Shown: piece by piece, positions 27,386-39,793 of the stretch
How positions within the stretch are numbered: the first letter of the stretch is position 1
Layout: every line of letters starts with the position of its first letter
Source: Eledone cirrhosa
Lineage: Eukaryota
Length of the DNA: 64,000 nucleotides
NCBI GenBank assembly: GCA_964016885.1
Contig: OZ024741.1
Span: 207,328,001-207,392,000 of the forward strand
Direction of reading: 5' to 3'
Notes under the pieces: generated by a model
The model's input: only the letters and a program-made list of their open reading frames with translations
Database searches by the model: none
What the model was told of the DNA's origin: nothing
Program-made: the position numbers and the translations under genes

Positions 27386-27600
27386 AAATGGACCTGTTAT
27401 TTTTATCTAAAGACATATTTTCCAAATTCCATCCCGCCCGTCCCCTCATTCTATTTTATTTTTCATTTTTCTTCTGATGAAGGGCTAGCGTCCGAAACGT
27501 TAAGACCCTCTTCCTGCTATATCAAGCGTTAACCTAATATATACCTTCCATATACTGTACCGATTGTGTTGTTATTTCTGTATACCTTTTACATACATAT
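27386..27600 (+). mobile_element. Solo pLTR of the Neptune-like family
   Basis: Aligns by eye with 25306-25505. Confidence 0.8.
27470..27505 (+). ncRNA. Minimal type I hammerhead
   Basis: TCTT-CTGATGA-AGGGC-tagc-GTCC-GAAA-CG-TT-AAGA. Palindromic AACGTT stem III. Confidence 0.8.
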
Positions 27601-27732
27601 ATATGCTTAAAAATAAGAATAAGAGGAAAGGAAGAACAGGGGGGGGGGTCCTCATCAGTTGGCTGCTGGGGATCTCGCGAGACCAGCAGACAACTAATGA
27701 GGAAAACTTCCCCATCCCCCGTTCTTGCTTTC

Positions 27733-27868
27733 CCGCCGACGAGGTTAACTTTGCCTTTCATCCTTATGGGGTCGATAAAATAAAGTACCAGTCACGCACT
27801 GGGGTCGATTTAATCGACTTTCCCCTCCCCCCAAATTACTGGCCTTGTGCCTATATAAGAAACCATTA
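27733..27868 (+). mobile_element. 5'-truncated SINE (long-tail subtype)
   Basis: Core plus gtcgatttaatcgac insert and tail. Confidence 0.85.
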
Positions 27869-28742
27869 TTTTTAAGCATACCTTATCTACCAACTACACA
27901 GCCAATCCACTTCTTCATATATATATATATATGAGTGCGTATGTATATACATTTATATATAGAAGAATGCATGCATGTCTGCCAGTCTGTCTGTATGTAT
28001 ATATGCATGTGTATATGTATTCAGGTTTGTATGTATGTATATATATATGTATGTATATATGTATGCATGTATGTATGTATGAATGTATGTATATATGTGC
28101 TTCAGAATTGATTATCGAAGAAGCGTTGAAAGAAAAAAGAAATCACAAAACAACATACAACATGACATTTTAATTAAGAGGATGTATTAGTTTGTTGGAT
28201 GAGTTTTCCTACTTTATGTTTATTAAGTATTTTATTGTTATAATGGCATGGTGATTTTGTTCTTTGGCATAGCCTTAAATGGCATCTTTTTTTATTGTGG
28301 AGAACGACTTTTTTTATTTTAGGTTTTACAAACAGAATTAAATCGACAACACTTGCGTTCCTCATTTCAACTTAAGTGGGATTGATTTAAAACCTCAGCA
28401 ACAGTAGTCGCTTTCCAAGAGGTTTAACGACAATTTACAGATGTATGAAGGTAGAAATTTAATCTAGTTTAACGAGTTGCCAATTTTTATGAGGTAATTA
28501 ATTATTAGAAACACGCATTAAAAAAACATAAACGAAGAAAATATTACGGAATAATGTAATTAGATGTATTTATACATTTGCTACGACTCGTTAGAGCAGA
28601 GGTTCTCAAGCTATTTGCCCCATCCCCAATGCCACGTAATACATTCAGTGCCCCCCCCCCCCCCATTTCCAGAGCGACCTGCCTATACGCAAATTGTAAA
28701 TAATACATAATAGATAAAATCGTTAATTTATATATAACAAAT

Positions 28743-28923
28743 AATTGTTTCTACGTTAGGCACCAGGCCAGCAAATACCCAGTGTATTACTGGTACTTTA
28801 TTTTATCGACCCCGTAAGGATGAAAGGCAAAGTTAACCTCGACGGGATTTAAACTCAGAATGGTAAGGGCCGTAACTCTATGCGTCAAAGCATGGCGTCC
28901 GACCCTCTACCAATACTGCCAAT
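28743..28923 (-). mobile_element. SINE
   Basis: A/B boxes, core and tail as at 3377. Confidence 0.9.
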
Positions 28924-28992
28924 AAATAATATATATATATTATGTATAAATAAATATATATATTTTTTTTATTTTACTATAAATATATATTC

Positions 28993-29169
28993 TATTTTGG
29001 GGACAAGGCCAGCAATTATCCCAGTGCATTACTGGTGCTTTATTTTATCAACTCCGTAAGGATGAAGGGCAAAGTTAACCTCGGCGGGATTTGAACTCAG
29101 ACCGTAAAAGGGCATAACTCTATGCAGCAAAGTATGGCGTCTGATCCTCTACCGATACTGCCAATCCAT
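28993..29169 (-). mobile_element. SINE
   Basis: A/B boxes, core and tail. Confidence 0.9.
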
Positions 29170-30200
29170 CATAATATTTTGATATTTGATATACTATTAT
29201 ATCATCTCTATCGCCCCCACTATTCCATTAGGCTCCATCTCGCCCTGGCCCTACTCAATGCCTCCCGGGGTGATAGCACCCACTTTGAGAACCTCTGAAT
29301 TAGAGCGTTGAATAGAATGTTTAATCTGAGTTCGATCACCACCGAATTCCACTTTGTCTTCTTTTCCGAGTCAATAAAAAATGTACAAGTACAGTTTTGG
29401 TGCAACTCTCTTCCTCGTGTCACGCCATGTACGATCCACTGCGTGACACTTGGGGAAGTTGAATGTGTTCATGAATATCTGCGCTCCTAGACCCATAAAT
29501 TTTCATAGTTATCCTCGATTGTGATGGTCGACCGTAGTTTAGTTTTGGTTCTTTCAATATTTGCCTCTTGAGAGATGTGCCTGGTCATACCATCCTTTCT
29601 TCAGGTTTGATGGAGCCTCCGGCGGTTTCGACGATTTGTATCCAGTGGTTCGATGAAACAGTCGTCGCTCATTAAATCTGTGGGTGAGTGACTGATTATT
29701 ATATAGATATATATATATATATATACCTCTAACGTAATTCGCAAGCCGGATCAGTCGGAAAAAATATGTAATAAAGCTAGGCTTTTGAATTACAACTGCA
29801 ATACTTCTAATGTTATTCTGAAGTTTCTGTTTACCCAAAGCTAACATGAGATTAAACAACTACAACAATTATAGCAGCAAAAACAACAACGGTAATAAAT
29901 ACAACAGCAACAACAAAAATAGCAATAACAAAATAGTTTCACATTATCTCTCGCAGTTATTGACCGTTACCCCAGAAATTATACTATGTTGACAGACCAA
30001 CCTACAATCATTAACTGCTAGCTGACTTACTTACAGAACATCATTGGACATTTTGATTGAAGCCTTGCCAGTGAAGCATAGACTTCACCGTACTTATCGA
30101 ATTAGTTTAATTCTGTTAGTTTGAGAACTTTAATAATGATAATTTATTCATGATAAAAAATGTATATGATATTATTTACAGTAACAATGATAATAGTAAT

Positions 30201-30370
30201 AATTGTTTCTACTTTGGGCACAAGGCCAGCAATTACCCAGTGCATTACTATACTTTATTTTATCGACGCCGTAAGGATGAAAGGCAAAGTTAACCTCGGC
30301 GGGATTTGAACTCAGAATGGCAAGGGCCGTAACTCTGGCGTCCGACCCTCTACTGATACTGCCAATCCAC
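30201..30370 (-). mobile_element. SINE
   Basis: A/B boxes, core and tail; abuts (TAA)n. Confidence 0.9.
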
Positions 30371-30427
<57 letters not shown>

Positions 30428-30428
<1 letters not shown>

Positions 30429-31370
30429 GGGAAGAAGACGCACGAGGTGGCGGAGGTCATGAAATCGCTCCCGTAAGTTTTGAATTTTTAACATATTTAA
30501 ATCATTTGTGAAATAACAACTCTTAGTACAAATGCTACGTAAAGCACCCGGCTTGAGCCCCAAAAAATTCGGACCCAAAATATATTGTTATAAGGCTCAA
30601 ATATTCAAATATTCAACTTTGTATTGTACACTGTATATCCAAAAAAGAAAATGGCTATGAATGGAAGAAGAACCCCCCCCCCCCTCCTCTCCTCTGTCTA
30701 CACTATATAGAACAGCCAAACTCACCAACACCAGAAACTAGATACACCACCCACCCCATCACCTGTGTACACTAAACACAACAGCCAGATAACGGCATTT
30801 TCACCACCACCGCTCACTACGGCCATCATTACCACAATTATCCCATCACCGCCGCCACCACCCCTTCACTCCTTCACTGCTGCCACCGCTACAGCACCAT
30901 CACTACAGTAATACGGTCACATCACCGCCACCACTGCCTCGGTATCGACATCACCACCACCACTGTCTCAGTATCGCTACCGCCGCCAGTCTTCCACTTC
31001 TCCCAGCTGGCTGCTGCCACCACATTATAGAATCCCTACTGCTAAAAAAGAGGAAGGCATCAAAATATATAGATAGACTCAAAAGAAAAAAGAAAAAACA
31101 AACAACAAAACCAAAGCAGCACAGCAACAACAGCAAAAAACGAGAAAAACAAACAGAGAAAAACAAAAAAAAAAAAAAAAAAAAACGTAAAGAAAATAAG
31201 AATGAAGAGAGAAGCAGGCGGACGAACAGAAAAGAGGGGGGAAAAACTAAAACTTAAAAAACAAAAACTAAGTCAGACATTCGAACACTACATTACAATG
31301 AAACTTATGCTTATTCATTTTTGGGGCCCTTTCTGCCTGTGTGTTTGTTTGTTTATGTGTGTTCGTATAC
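30428..31370 (+). repeat. Dispersed non-coding leader/spacer repeat preceding R4/Dong copies (relatives 34997-35700, 39794-40578)
   Basis: Shared blocks gggaagaa..aatcgct.ccgtaa.tttt, ggaaggcatcaaaa.atata.atagact and aactaagtcagacattc.aaca.tacattacaatgaaacttatgcttattc. Confidence 0.7.
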
Positions 31371-31500
31371 AGCGTGGTGATAATGCCACACAAGGGCCAA
31401 GTGGAATGGCGGATCCACAGATGGCTATGTAACCATACATTCGCCAATCCTCGATAAGAGTGTTTAAATATCGAACATAAACAGTTCTAATAACGGTGAA

Positions 31501-34500
31501 ATGGAGACTAGAACGTCATGTGACAGACTCTCACCCAACAGGTGCCCCCTGGCTCAGCAGCAGGAACCTGACTGTCAACCAAATACTGCTGATGTTGGAG
31601 GAAGGAGAAGAAGGAAAGGGGCCAGAACCAACTGGACGAAAGAATTGAATAGAACTGTTATGCAATGTTACCTGAAAAGTAACCCCAAGGAGAGGGGCTA
31701 CAGGAGACGGATGCATAACATCTGGAACGAGATTGGTTTATTTAAATTAGATGAACAAAAATTGGCCGGGCAGGCTCGGGTAATAAGAACTAATGGGTGG
31801 ATAAGCGAGCTGGAACTGGAGGAACTGAGCATAGAGAATGGCTTGGAGATGGCGGGTGTAGTATGCCAGACAAGCGAGCCAGTGGGAAATGAAGGTGAAG
31901 AGGTCCTGAGAACGGAGGAACCACCCGAAGCAGACAATGATCTGAATACTGAGATAAATAATACCTGGAACAGAGATACGGCCACTGAGGAGATGAATGC
32001 TGACGGGCTAGGACAAGATTCGGTTGACATCCTAAATTTAGTGGTAGATGAGTTGAACAATGATAGTGGGAGACCTATGAACCTAAGATTTGTAGACAGG
32101 AAAAAGTTAAAAGAAACAACAGCTAAGGTAAACAAAGTCATCCCATACCTTGAAGCGAGGAGCCTTCACCAGTGCAACAATATCCTCAAAGCAACAGCAA
32201 ATACGGTGAGGAAACTACTTGGCATAAAAGCGAGAGGAAACAACAGACAAGAAAGAGCAGAGCCGTGGTGGAAGAAGCGACTGAGTGGGCAAATCGGGGA
32301 AATGAGAAATGACATAGGAAAGCTTGAGTCACTACTGAATGGGACACTAAAAAACATAGGCACTAAAAATAGACTGGAAATAAAATACAAAACTAGGAGG
32401 AAAAAGCTAAATATTATCATAGAGGAACTGAAGCAACGCATTGTAGCAAAGAGTGCAAAAATCAGGCGATACGAGAACAGAGTCAGTCAGTATGAACAGA
32501 ACCGCATGTTCGACAACAACCAGAAGATGCTGTTTGAACAGCTTGAGGGGAAAGAAAGAGGCAACGACTTGATCCCTGGGGCGGAGCAAACTAAAACATT
32601 CTGGAGAGGAATATGGGAGCAGGATGTTAGACATAATGTCCAGGCAGGGTTGATTGAGACAGTACAGAGGGAGATCAGTGAGCAGGCACAACAACAAACT
32701 GATTTGAGTATCACAGTTGAAACTCTTAAGGGGCAGGCAAAAAAACTAACCAACTGGAAATCACCAGGCCCAGATGGTGTGCAGGGGTATTGGATTAAAA
32801 ATATAACATCCCTCCACCCGAAGCTGACGGCCATGTTCAATGACTGCTTGGTGTCGGGTGAGGTGCCAGAGTGGTTGACAAAAGGTACCACAGTTCTGAT
32901 AATGAAGGATCGAATCAAGGGTAACGATGTTACCAACTATAGACCTATCACATGTCTGTCCGTAGTGTGGAAACTGTTGACGAGCATTGTGTCTGAGGAA
33001 ATCTACCATCACCTCCACACAAACAACTTGTTACCGGACGAACAGAAAGGATGCCGAAAGAAGTCACGTGGTACAAAGGACCAGTTACTTATTGATAAGA
33101 TGGTAATGGGGAATTGCAGGAGGAGACACACTGATCTTGCCATGGGATGGATAGACTACAGAAAGGCATTTGACATGGTGCCTCATTCTTGGATCACCAA
33201 AAGCCTGGAGATCTTCAGGGTGGCAGATAACATCAGACAGTTGCTAGGCAGGAGTATGGGGTCCTGGGAGACAGAGTTGACATCAACTGGAGTATCCTTG
33301 GGAAGCGTGAAGATCAAGAGAGGTATCTTCCAGGGAGATAGCCTGTCCCCTCTCTTGTTTGTCCTTGCCCTGATGCCCTTGACCATTATGCTGCGAAAAG
33401 TGAGAGCAGGATACAAGTTGGGAAGGGGAGAGCTTACCATCAATCACCTCCTCTTCATGGACGATCTTAAGCTCTTCGGGAAAAGTGAGAAGGAGTTGGA
33501 TGTGCTTGTTGACACTGTCCGTATTTTCAGCAGTGATATATGTATGCAGTTTGGTATTGGTAAATGTGGAGTCATTGTGATGAGGAGGGGTAGGTTGAGC
33601 AGAAGTAACGGGATCCAGATACCAACAGGTGAGATGATAAAGGAAATTGACTCTGAGGAAGGATACAAGTATTTGGGCGTTCTGGAGGCTGATGGCATAA
33701 AGAACAAAAAAATGAAGGAATTGTTAAGAACTGAATACATTCGGAGAGTAAGGAGCGTATTGAAGTCACATCTGAACAGCAGAAATGCCATAAGCGCAGT
33801 AAATTCCCGAGCTGTGTCTATTATTAGGTACAGTGCGGGAATTCTGAGATGGAATGTTGCTGAACAAAAAGAAATGGATAGGAAGACTAGGAAGCTATTG
33901 ACTATCTACAACATGTTCCACAAGAGGAGTGATGTCGATAGACTCTACCTAAGGAGATCTGAGGGTGGAAGAGGTCTTATCAGCATAGAGGACTGTGTTC
34001 AGATGGAGAAAAACAACCTATACAAATACGTGACCTATAGTAAGGAGCCAATGCTCAGAACTGTACTGAAGGAGGGGACAGTAGGCCAGGGGATGTCTAA
34101 GGAGGAAATAACATCAAGGAGGAAGAGCAGCCTTAAGGGAAAATCCCTTCATAGTACCTTCTTTGAGAAAACTGAATTTAGAGATCCACAGACATGGAAC
34201 TGGTTGAGAAGAGGAGACCTCAAAAAGGCTACAGAAGGAATGCTAATGGCTGCGCAGGAGCAGGCCCTCAAAACGAAGTGGTTGAAGCACCATATTTACA
34301 AGGAGGAGGCTAGCCCACTGTGCAGAATCTGTGGAGAGAGAGAGGAGACTGTGGCTCACATTGTGTCCGAGTGTAAACACCTAGCCCAGACCCACTATAA
34401 GGGCTGGAGACACGATGTGATGGGCAGGGTGATCCACTGGCACCTGTGCAAAGTAAACAATTTACCACATTCTGAGAAATGGTATGAGCATAGGCCAGAG

Positions 34501-34884
34501 GCGGTGATGGATAACGATCAGGTGAAGGTGCTGTGGGATTTTAGGATACAGACGGACAAAAAACTGGAACACAATAGACCTGACCTGGTGGTTGTGGACA
34601 AAGAAAAAAGATCGTGTCTGATTGTGGATGTGGCCTGCCCGTTCGACACGAGAGTGCAAGAGAAGGAGAGGGAGAAAATTAACCGATACCAGGACCTAAA
34701 GTGGGAGGTGAAAAGGATTTGGAACTGCCATGAAGTCAAAGTGATCCCGATTGTCATAGGCGCACTGGGGACTATCTCCAAAAGTTTCCAGGGATGGTTA
34801 AAGAAAATCGGCCCCTTCACGCTTTTTGGAACGCTTCAAAAGGCCGCTTGCTTGGAACAGCAAGAACCCTCCGATACGTCCTGA
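31501..34884 (+). CDS. R4/Dong-type non-LTR retrotransposon protein (Myb-like N-terminus, RT, CCHC, restriction-like endonuclease), nearly intact
   Basis: 1127-aa ORF: R..W....N..VMQCY, WKSPGPDG, NYRPITCL, WIDYRKAFD, IFQGDSLSP, FMDDLK, CRIC..H...C, RHD, RPD...D, K..RY.DL. A likely 1-nt frameshift removes the LLGTARTLR C-terminus. (TAA)n tail at about 34975-34996. Confidence 0.92.
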   Translation: METRTSCDRLSPNRCPLAQQQEPDCQPNTADVGGRRRRKGARTNWTKELNRTVMQCYLKSNPKERGYRRRMHNIWNEIGLFKLDEQKLAGQARVIRTNGWISELELEELSIENGLEMAGVVCQTSEPVGNEGEEVLRTEEPPEADNDLNTEINNTWNRDTATEEMNADGLGQDSVDILNLVVDELNNDSGRPMNLRFVDRKKLKETTAKVNKVIPYLEARSLHQCNNILKATANTVRKLLGIKARGNNRQERAEPWWKKRLSGQIGEMRNDIGKLESLLNGTLKNIGTKNRLEIKYKTRRKKLNIIIEELKQRIVAKSAKIRRYENRVSQYEQNRMFDNNQKMLFEQLEGKERGNDLIPGAEQTKTFWRGIWEQDVRHNVQAGLIETVQREISEQAQQQTDLSITVETLKGQAKKLTNWKSPGPDGVQGYWIKNITSLHPKLTAMFNDCLVSGEVPEWLTKGTTVLIMKDRIKGNDVTNYRPITCLSVVWKLLTSIVSEEIYHHLHTNNLLPDEQKGCRKKSRGTKDQLLIDKMVMGNCRRRHTDLAMGWIDYRKAFDMVPHSWITKSLEIFRVADNIRQLLGRSMGSWETELTSTGVSLGSVKIKRGIFQGDSLSPLLFVLALMPLTIMLRKVRAGYKLGRGELTINHLLFMDDLKLFGKSEKELDVLVDTVRIFSSDICMQFGIGKCGVIVMRRGRLSRSNGIQIPTGEMIKEIDSEEGYKYLGVLEADGIKNKKMKELLRTEYIRRVRSVLKSHLNSRNAISAVNSRAVSIIRYSAGILRWNVAEQKEMDRKTRKLLTIYNMFHKRSDVDRLYLRRSEGGRGLISIEDCVQMEKNNLYKYVTYSKEPMLRTVLKEGTVGQGMSKEEITSRRKSSLKGKSLHSTFFEKTEFRDPQTWNWLRRGDLKKATEGMLMAAQEQALKTKWLKHHIYKEEASPLCRICGEREETVAHIVSECKHLAQTHYKGWRHDVMGRVIHWHLCKVNNLPHSEKWYEHRPEAVMDNDQVKVLWDFRIQTDKKLEHNRPDLVVVDKEKRSCLIVDVACPFDTRVQEKEREKINRYQDLKWEVKRIWNCHEVKVIPIVIGALGTISKSFQGWLKKIGPFTLFGTLQKAACLEQQEPSDTS

Positions 34885-35849
34885 ATATCTGAGGCTGAAG
34901 GTAGTGGCTTGATATTCAATCCAACGGACTTTCCAGTTAACCAACATCAATGACTGAGATTCAAGGAATAACAACAATAATAATAATAATAATAATGAGG
35001 TCCCATAAAGTTTCGGATCCATATTATATTGTTGTATCGCTCAAATATTCAATTTTGTATTCTATATTTTGTATTCAAAAAAAGAAAATGGTTATAAATG
35101 GAACAAAACACCCTCTGTCTACACACTATATAGAACAGCCAAATAGCAGCAATTTAACTAACACCAGAAACTTGATACACTACCTATCCCATCACACTAA
35201 ATATAACAGCCAGATAACGGCAATTTCACCAGCATCATAATAATAATTACTATTATTATTGTCTCAAATTTTAAAAAATGTTTAATTCAAACTTTACGGG
35301 AATATGTCAACACAAAATATAATAAAAATATATATTAAACATACGAACACAAACTCATAGATACTATATCAGTAACCACAACACCACCGCTGCCACCACC
35401 CCACCGCATCCATCATCGCTACCACTATCCCATGGTCGCCGCCACCACTCATTCAATACTACCGACACTATTCCCCTGTTAACTTGAGAGAGAAAGGGGA
35501 AGGTGGCGGTATCACTAGACAAGAGAGAGGCTAGCAAAAGATATAAATAGATTGACTTGGTGACCTTGCCACCGGCCAAACGTCTACATCAACAACTATG
35601 GGACTGCTGGCTCACCCCTTCCTCACCAACAATATAAAAAGCCCCGGCACCACCACCAACATAGCCAACAACAATAACAGCCAACTACAACAAAAAGTAT
35701 ATTATATTATTGTAATGCACTGGGTGATTGCTGGCCTTGTGCCTGGAGTGGAGACAATTATTAATAATTTCGTTCTTAAGCCACGCAATGCTCACATTAA
35801 GGAACCACTCATGATAATAACAACTTAAAAAAACAACAAAAAGAAAACC

Positions 35850-38800
35850 CCGTGACCAAGAAATACCGGGATGGCGGCCGGCGGGGAATAGCCATGTCTC
35901 TAGGGGAGAACGACCCCTCTAGTCTTGGTTGACACTCGTTCTAGAAGTGGTAACACGAAATGATTACCCCCTTGGCGGATAAGGATAAAACGCGACAAAA
36001 TAAAGTAAATATCTAATAATAAAATCTCATACCGGATCGGCCGTCACCCGGGTAAAAAAGGGCCGCGTCCCTCAGAGAGGAACCAGACTGGGGTCGAAAA
36101 ATCAGCTAATGGTTCAAACCTTCCCATCACTTCGGAGCTGGAGACCTCCCATAACCGGAATACTCCTACTGTTGGCCCTCCATGCTCACCACCAAGAAAT
36201 CCAAAGAAAAAGAGAGAAAAATGGTCAAGGGAAGATAATAAAGAAGTCCTTGAGGCTTTCTACACTGCTATGTACTACCCATCAAATACATCGAATACAG
36301 AACAAACATATATCAACTGGAAAAAGAAACATCCCGAAAACAGAGGCTATATTGACAGTAACAAACTAGCCAATATACGAAGAAATATTGTAAGAAAAAA
36401 GTTACTAACTGATATAGAAATTGATCAGATCAAGCTATTAGCACAAAGTCAGCGAAGGGAAAATGAAACATGTGTCAGTGAAAACGAGGTAAACTGTAAC
36501 ACTTCGAATCCCAGGGTTGGGGCGGAATCACTGGCAACAGAACAAATTAAAGAAAGGAGCGAAAAAGTGGAGGGAGTGCATGCTCAGGATGAAACTCCAA
36601 ATGAAAATAATGAGATCGTAAATGATAAAGAAATGAATGAGAATGAACTTGCCAACTTGAAGGATGAAATTATGATCGAATGGATGAAAATGAAAGAATC
36701 TGACATGGGGCAACGAGACACCCTCCCTAAGATCCAGAACTCCAAACAGAACCAAAAGATAATACACAAGACTAACATAATTCTCAAAAACATTATCATC
36801 ACAAACAAACTAAACATTACTGACTTAAATCATCTCTATTATGCATCGGCTAAAGTCACCACTCACTTATGTGGAGTGAAGATGAAAAAACAAAGGAATT
36901 CCCACAAGAAATCTACTTGGCAAGATAACATCAATCGCCAAATAAACCTTCTCCGATCTGACATAGAAATTTTAACAAACTATAAAGTAGGTGAACATGT
37001 TAAACAAACTAAACTTAGAAAATTGAAAAAAAAGTACAGTATAAGATCAACATGTGACATAGACATGCTGATAGAAACAATCAAGCAAAAAGTGTCGGCC
37101 AAAGCTGCTCGTATAAGGCGCTTTGAAAAACGATCGAGATTCTATAAGGACAATAATATGTTCAAAAACAACCAAAGAAACTTCTACAGAAAAATTGGTA
37201 AGTCAACAATATCTGCTAAATCAATACCACCCAAGGAGGAAGTGCAAGAATTCTGGGAAAAGATCTGGGCCGAAGAAAAAGTTCATAACATACATGCCCC
37301 ATGGATAGACAGACAAATGAAAGAAACAGCTCACCTTGAAGAACAAACATGGGAAAATATAACAGTTGAACAGTTGCGCTTGGCTCTAAGAAAAACCAAC
37401 AAATGGAAATCCCCAGGAAAAGACAAAATACAAAACTTTTGGATAAATGCCTTCACAGAGTCTCATGAGCTGTTAGCCCAACTTTACAATGAAATAGTTA
37501 AGGAGCCAGAAAAGATACCATCATGGCTAGTTAACGGCATTACATTCCTGCTACCGAAGAATGATGAGACAAACAATCCCAAAAATTACAGACCGATAAC
37601 CTGCTTGACCACAATGTATAAAATTTTAACATCAGTCCTAACTGAATACACATATGACCACCTGATAACAAATGACCTATTTCCCATTGAGCAGAAAGGG
37701 TGTAAACGAGGCTCATATGGCTGTAAGGATCAGCTTCTGGTTAACAAAATGATACTGGAAGATTGTCATAATAGACACAAAAATCTATCGATTGCTTGGA
37801 TAGATTATAAAAAAGCATTCGATAGTTTGCCACACAGTTGGATTGAAAAATGTTTAGAGATTTTCAAAATATCCCCCGTTGTCAGGAGGTTTTTGTCATT
37901 CAGTATGAAGACATGGAGAACGACACTCCTTTTGAATAGTGAAACAAAATCACTGGAAGCTGGAGAAGTTAATATTAATTGTGGAATTTTTCAGGGTGAC
38001 TCTTTATCACCGCTTTTATTCTGCATCGCACTTATACCATTAAGTAAAATGCTCAATGAAACAAAACATGGATATAGAGTCTATGACAAAACCATTAATC
38101 ACCTGTTCTACATGGATGACCTGAAACTATTTGCAAAAAAAGATGAACAATTGCAAGGGCTATTATCCACTGTGAAGCAGTTCAGTGATGACATTAAAAT
38201 AGAGTTTGGACTGGATAAATGCGCCAAAGCAACGTTCACCAGAGGAAAGCTGCTGAAGAGTTCAGACATTAATCTTGATCGGGGGAACGTGATAAGAGAG
38301 CTTGATCAAGAAAAATCTTACAAATATCTAGGTGTTTGTGAAGGAGACGGAATCAAGCACTCGACAATGAGGGAAAGGATAAGGAAGGGATGTTACCGCA
38401 GAGTGAGAGCAATCTTAAGAACGGAATTGAATGCAAGGAATAGGATCGATGCCATAAACACGCTTGCCATACCAGTAGTAACCTACAGTTACAATGTCAT
38501 CAACTGGTCAAGCACAGAGATCCGTAGGCTCGATACAAAAATCCGAAAATTCTTAACCATGCACAGAATGCATCACCCTAAAGCAGACATAGATAGAATA
38601 TATCTCCCTAGTAAAGAAGGAAGACGTGGGTTAATCCAGTTAGACATTGCGTTGAAAACTGCAACAATTGGATTATCCACATATCTAAGGGAATCACATG
38701 ATTGGATGATCAAACTCGTTTTGAAACACGAAAGCACTAAAAGATCATATTCCATTACAAAAGATGCACAAAGATACAGTAATGGACTACAAATTTCAGA

Positions 38801-39793
38801 AGTCCCATTTACTGCTGAAATGGAAAACACAGAAAAAGCAAAGCAGGTAAAAGTAACTGCAAAGAAAGAACTGCTACAGAAAAGCCTCTGTATGGAAAAT
38901 ACCCAGAGCGAGCTAACAATCCTGATGTTGACAAAACTTTAACCCATCAGTGGTTGGCATCCTCTGGACTGAAATCGGAGACTGAAGGACTGATTATATC
39001 GGCACAAGATCAGTGTCTGCCAACAAAAAATTACCAAGCCAACATAATAAAAAATGGGTGCAGCCCATTATGCCGTGTATGCAAAAAACAACCAGAGACC
39101 ATTGACCATATAATTTCAATGTGCAGTCCTATAGCTCCAACCGAATACCTAAACAGGCATGACAGAGCTGCACAATACATACATTGGATAATGTGTAAGC
39201 ATTTTGACCTGCCCCATCAAAAGAATTGGTGGGAGCATCAACCACCTCCCATACTTGAAAAAGATCACATCTCAATCTTGTGGAACTTTAGCATCCAAAC
39301 AGACCGAAAAATAGATGCAAATAGACCTGATATAATATTGAAGGACTTTCAAAGGAGGGTATGCCTGCTAATTGATATGTCTGTTCCAATAGACAAGAAT
39401 GTATCTATAAAAACATTTGAAAAATTGAGCAAGTATAAGGACCTGGAGATAGAAATTGGAAAAATGTGGAAATTGAGAACTAAAACCATACCAGTGGTTG
39501 TAGGCGCTCTGGGAATGATACTAAGGGGTCTAACGACTACTTATCGCAAATCCCAGGAAACCCGCGTATAGGAGAAATACAAAAGATAGTACTAATGGGA
39601 ACTGCCCATATACTAAGGAAGATCCTGTCAATATAAGTACATCACAAGTCTAAACACTAAGGATGCATGTGTGAATATGTATGTTCTTTCTTGAACATGG
39701 CGGACCTTGTTGTCTCTTGAGGTCACTGGTTGTGACTTGGTGATAACTCGTATGAACATAAAGCAAGATAAATGCAAATAATAATAATAATAA
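35850..39793 (+). mobile_element. Second R4/Dong-type family, near full length, frameshifted
   Basis: ORFs 36270-38942 (RT: NYRPITCL, FQGDSLSP, YMDD) and 38954-39571 (CRVC..H...C, RHD, RPDII..LIDMSVP..EKLSKY). (TAA)n tail. Confidence 0.92.

Larger units (their letters stand above)
28597..29297. mobile_element. hAT-type MITE containing two SINE insertions
   Basis: TIRs CAGAGGTTCTCAA / TTGAGAACCTCTG. 8-bp flanks cgttagag / aattagag (6 of 8 match). Confidence 0.75.

Noticed and set aside
31372-31462. HDV-like or twister ribozyme call for LINE 5' UTRs
   Set aside because: I could not fit the nested double pseudoknot or the twister consensus by eye. Reported only as candidate structured RNA.
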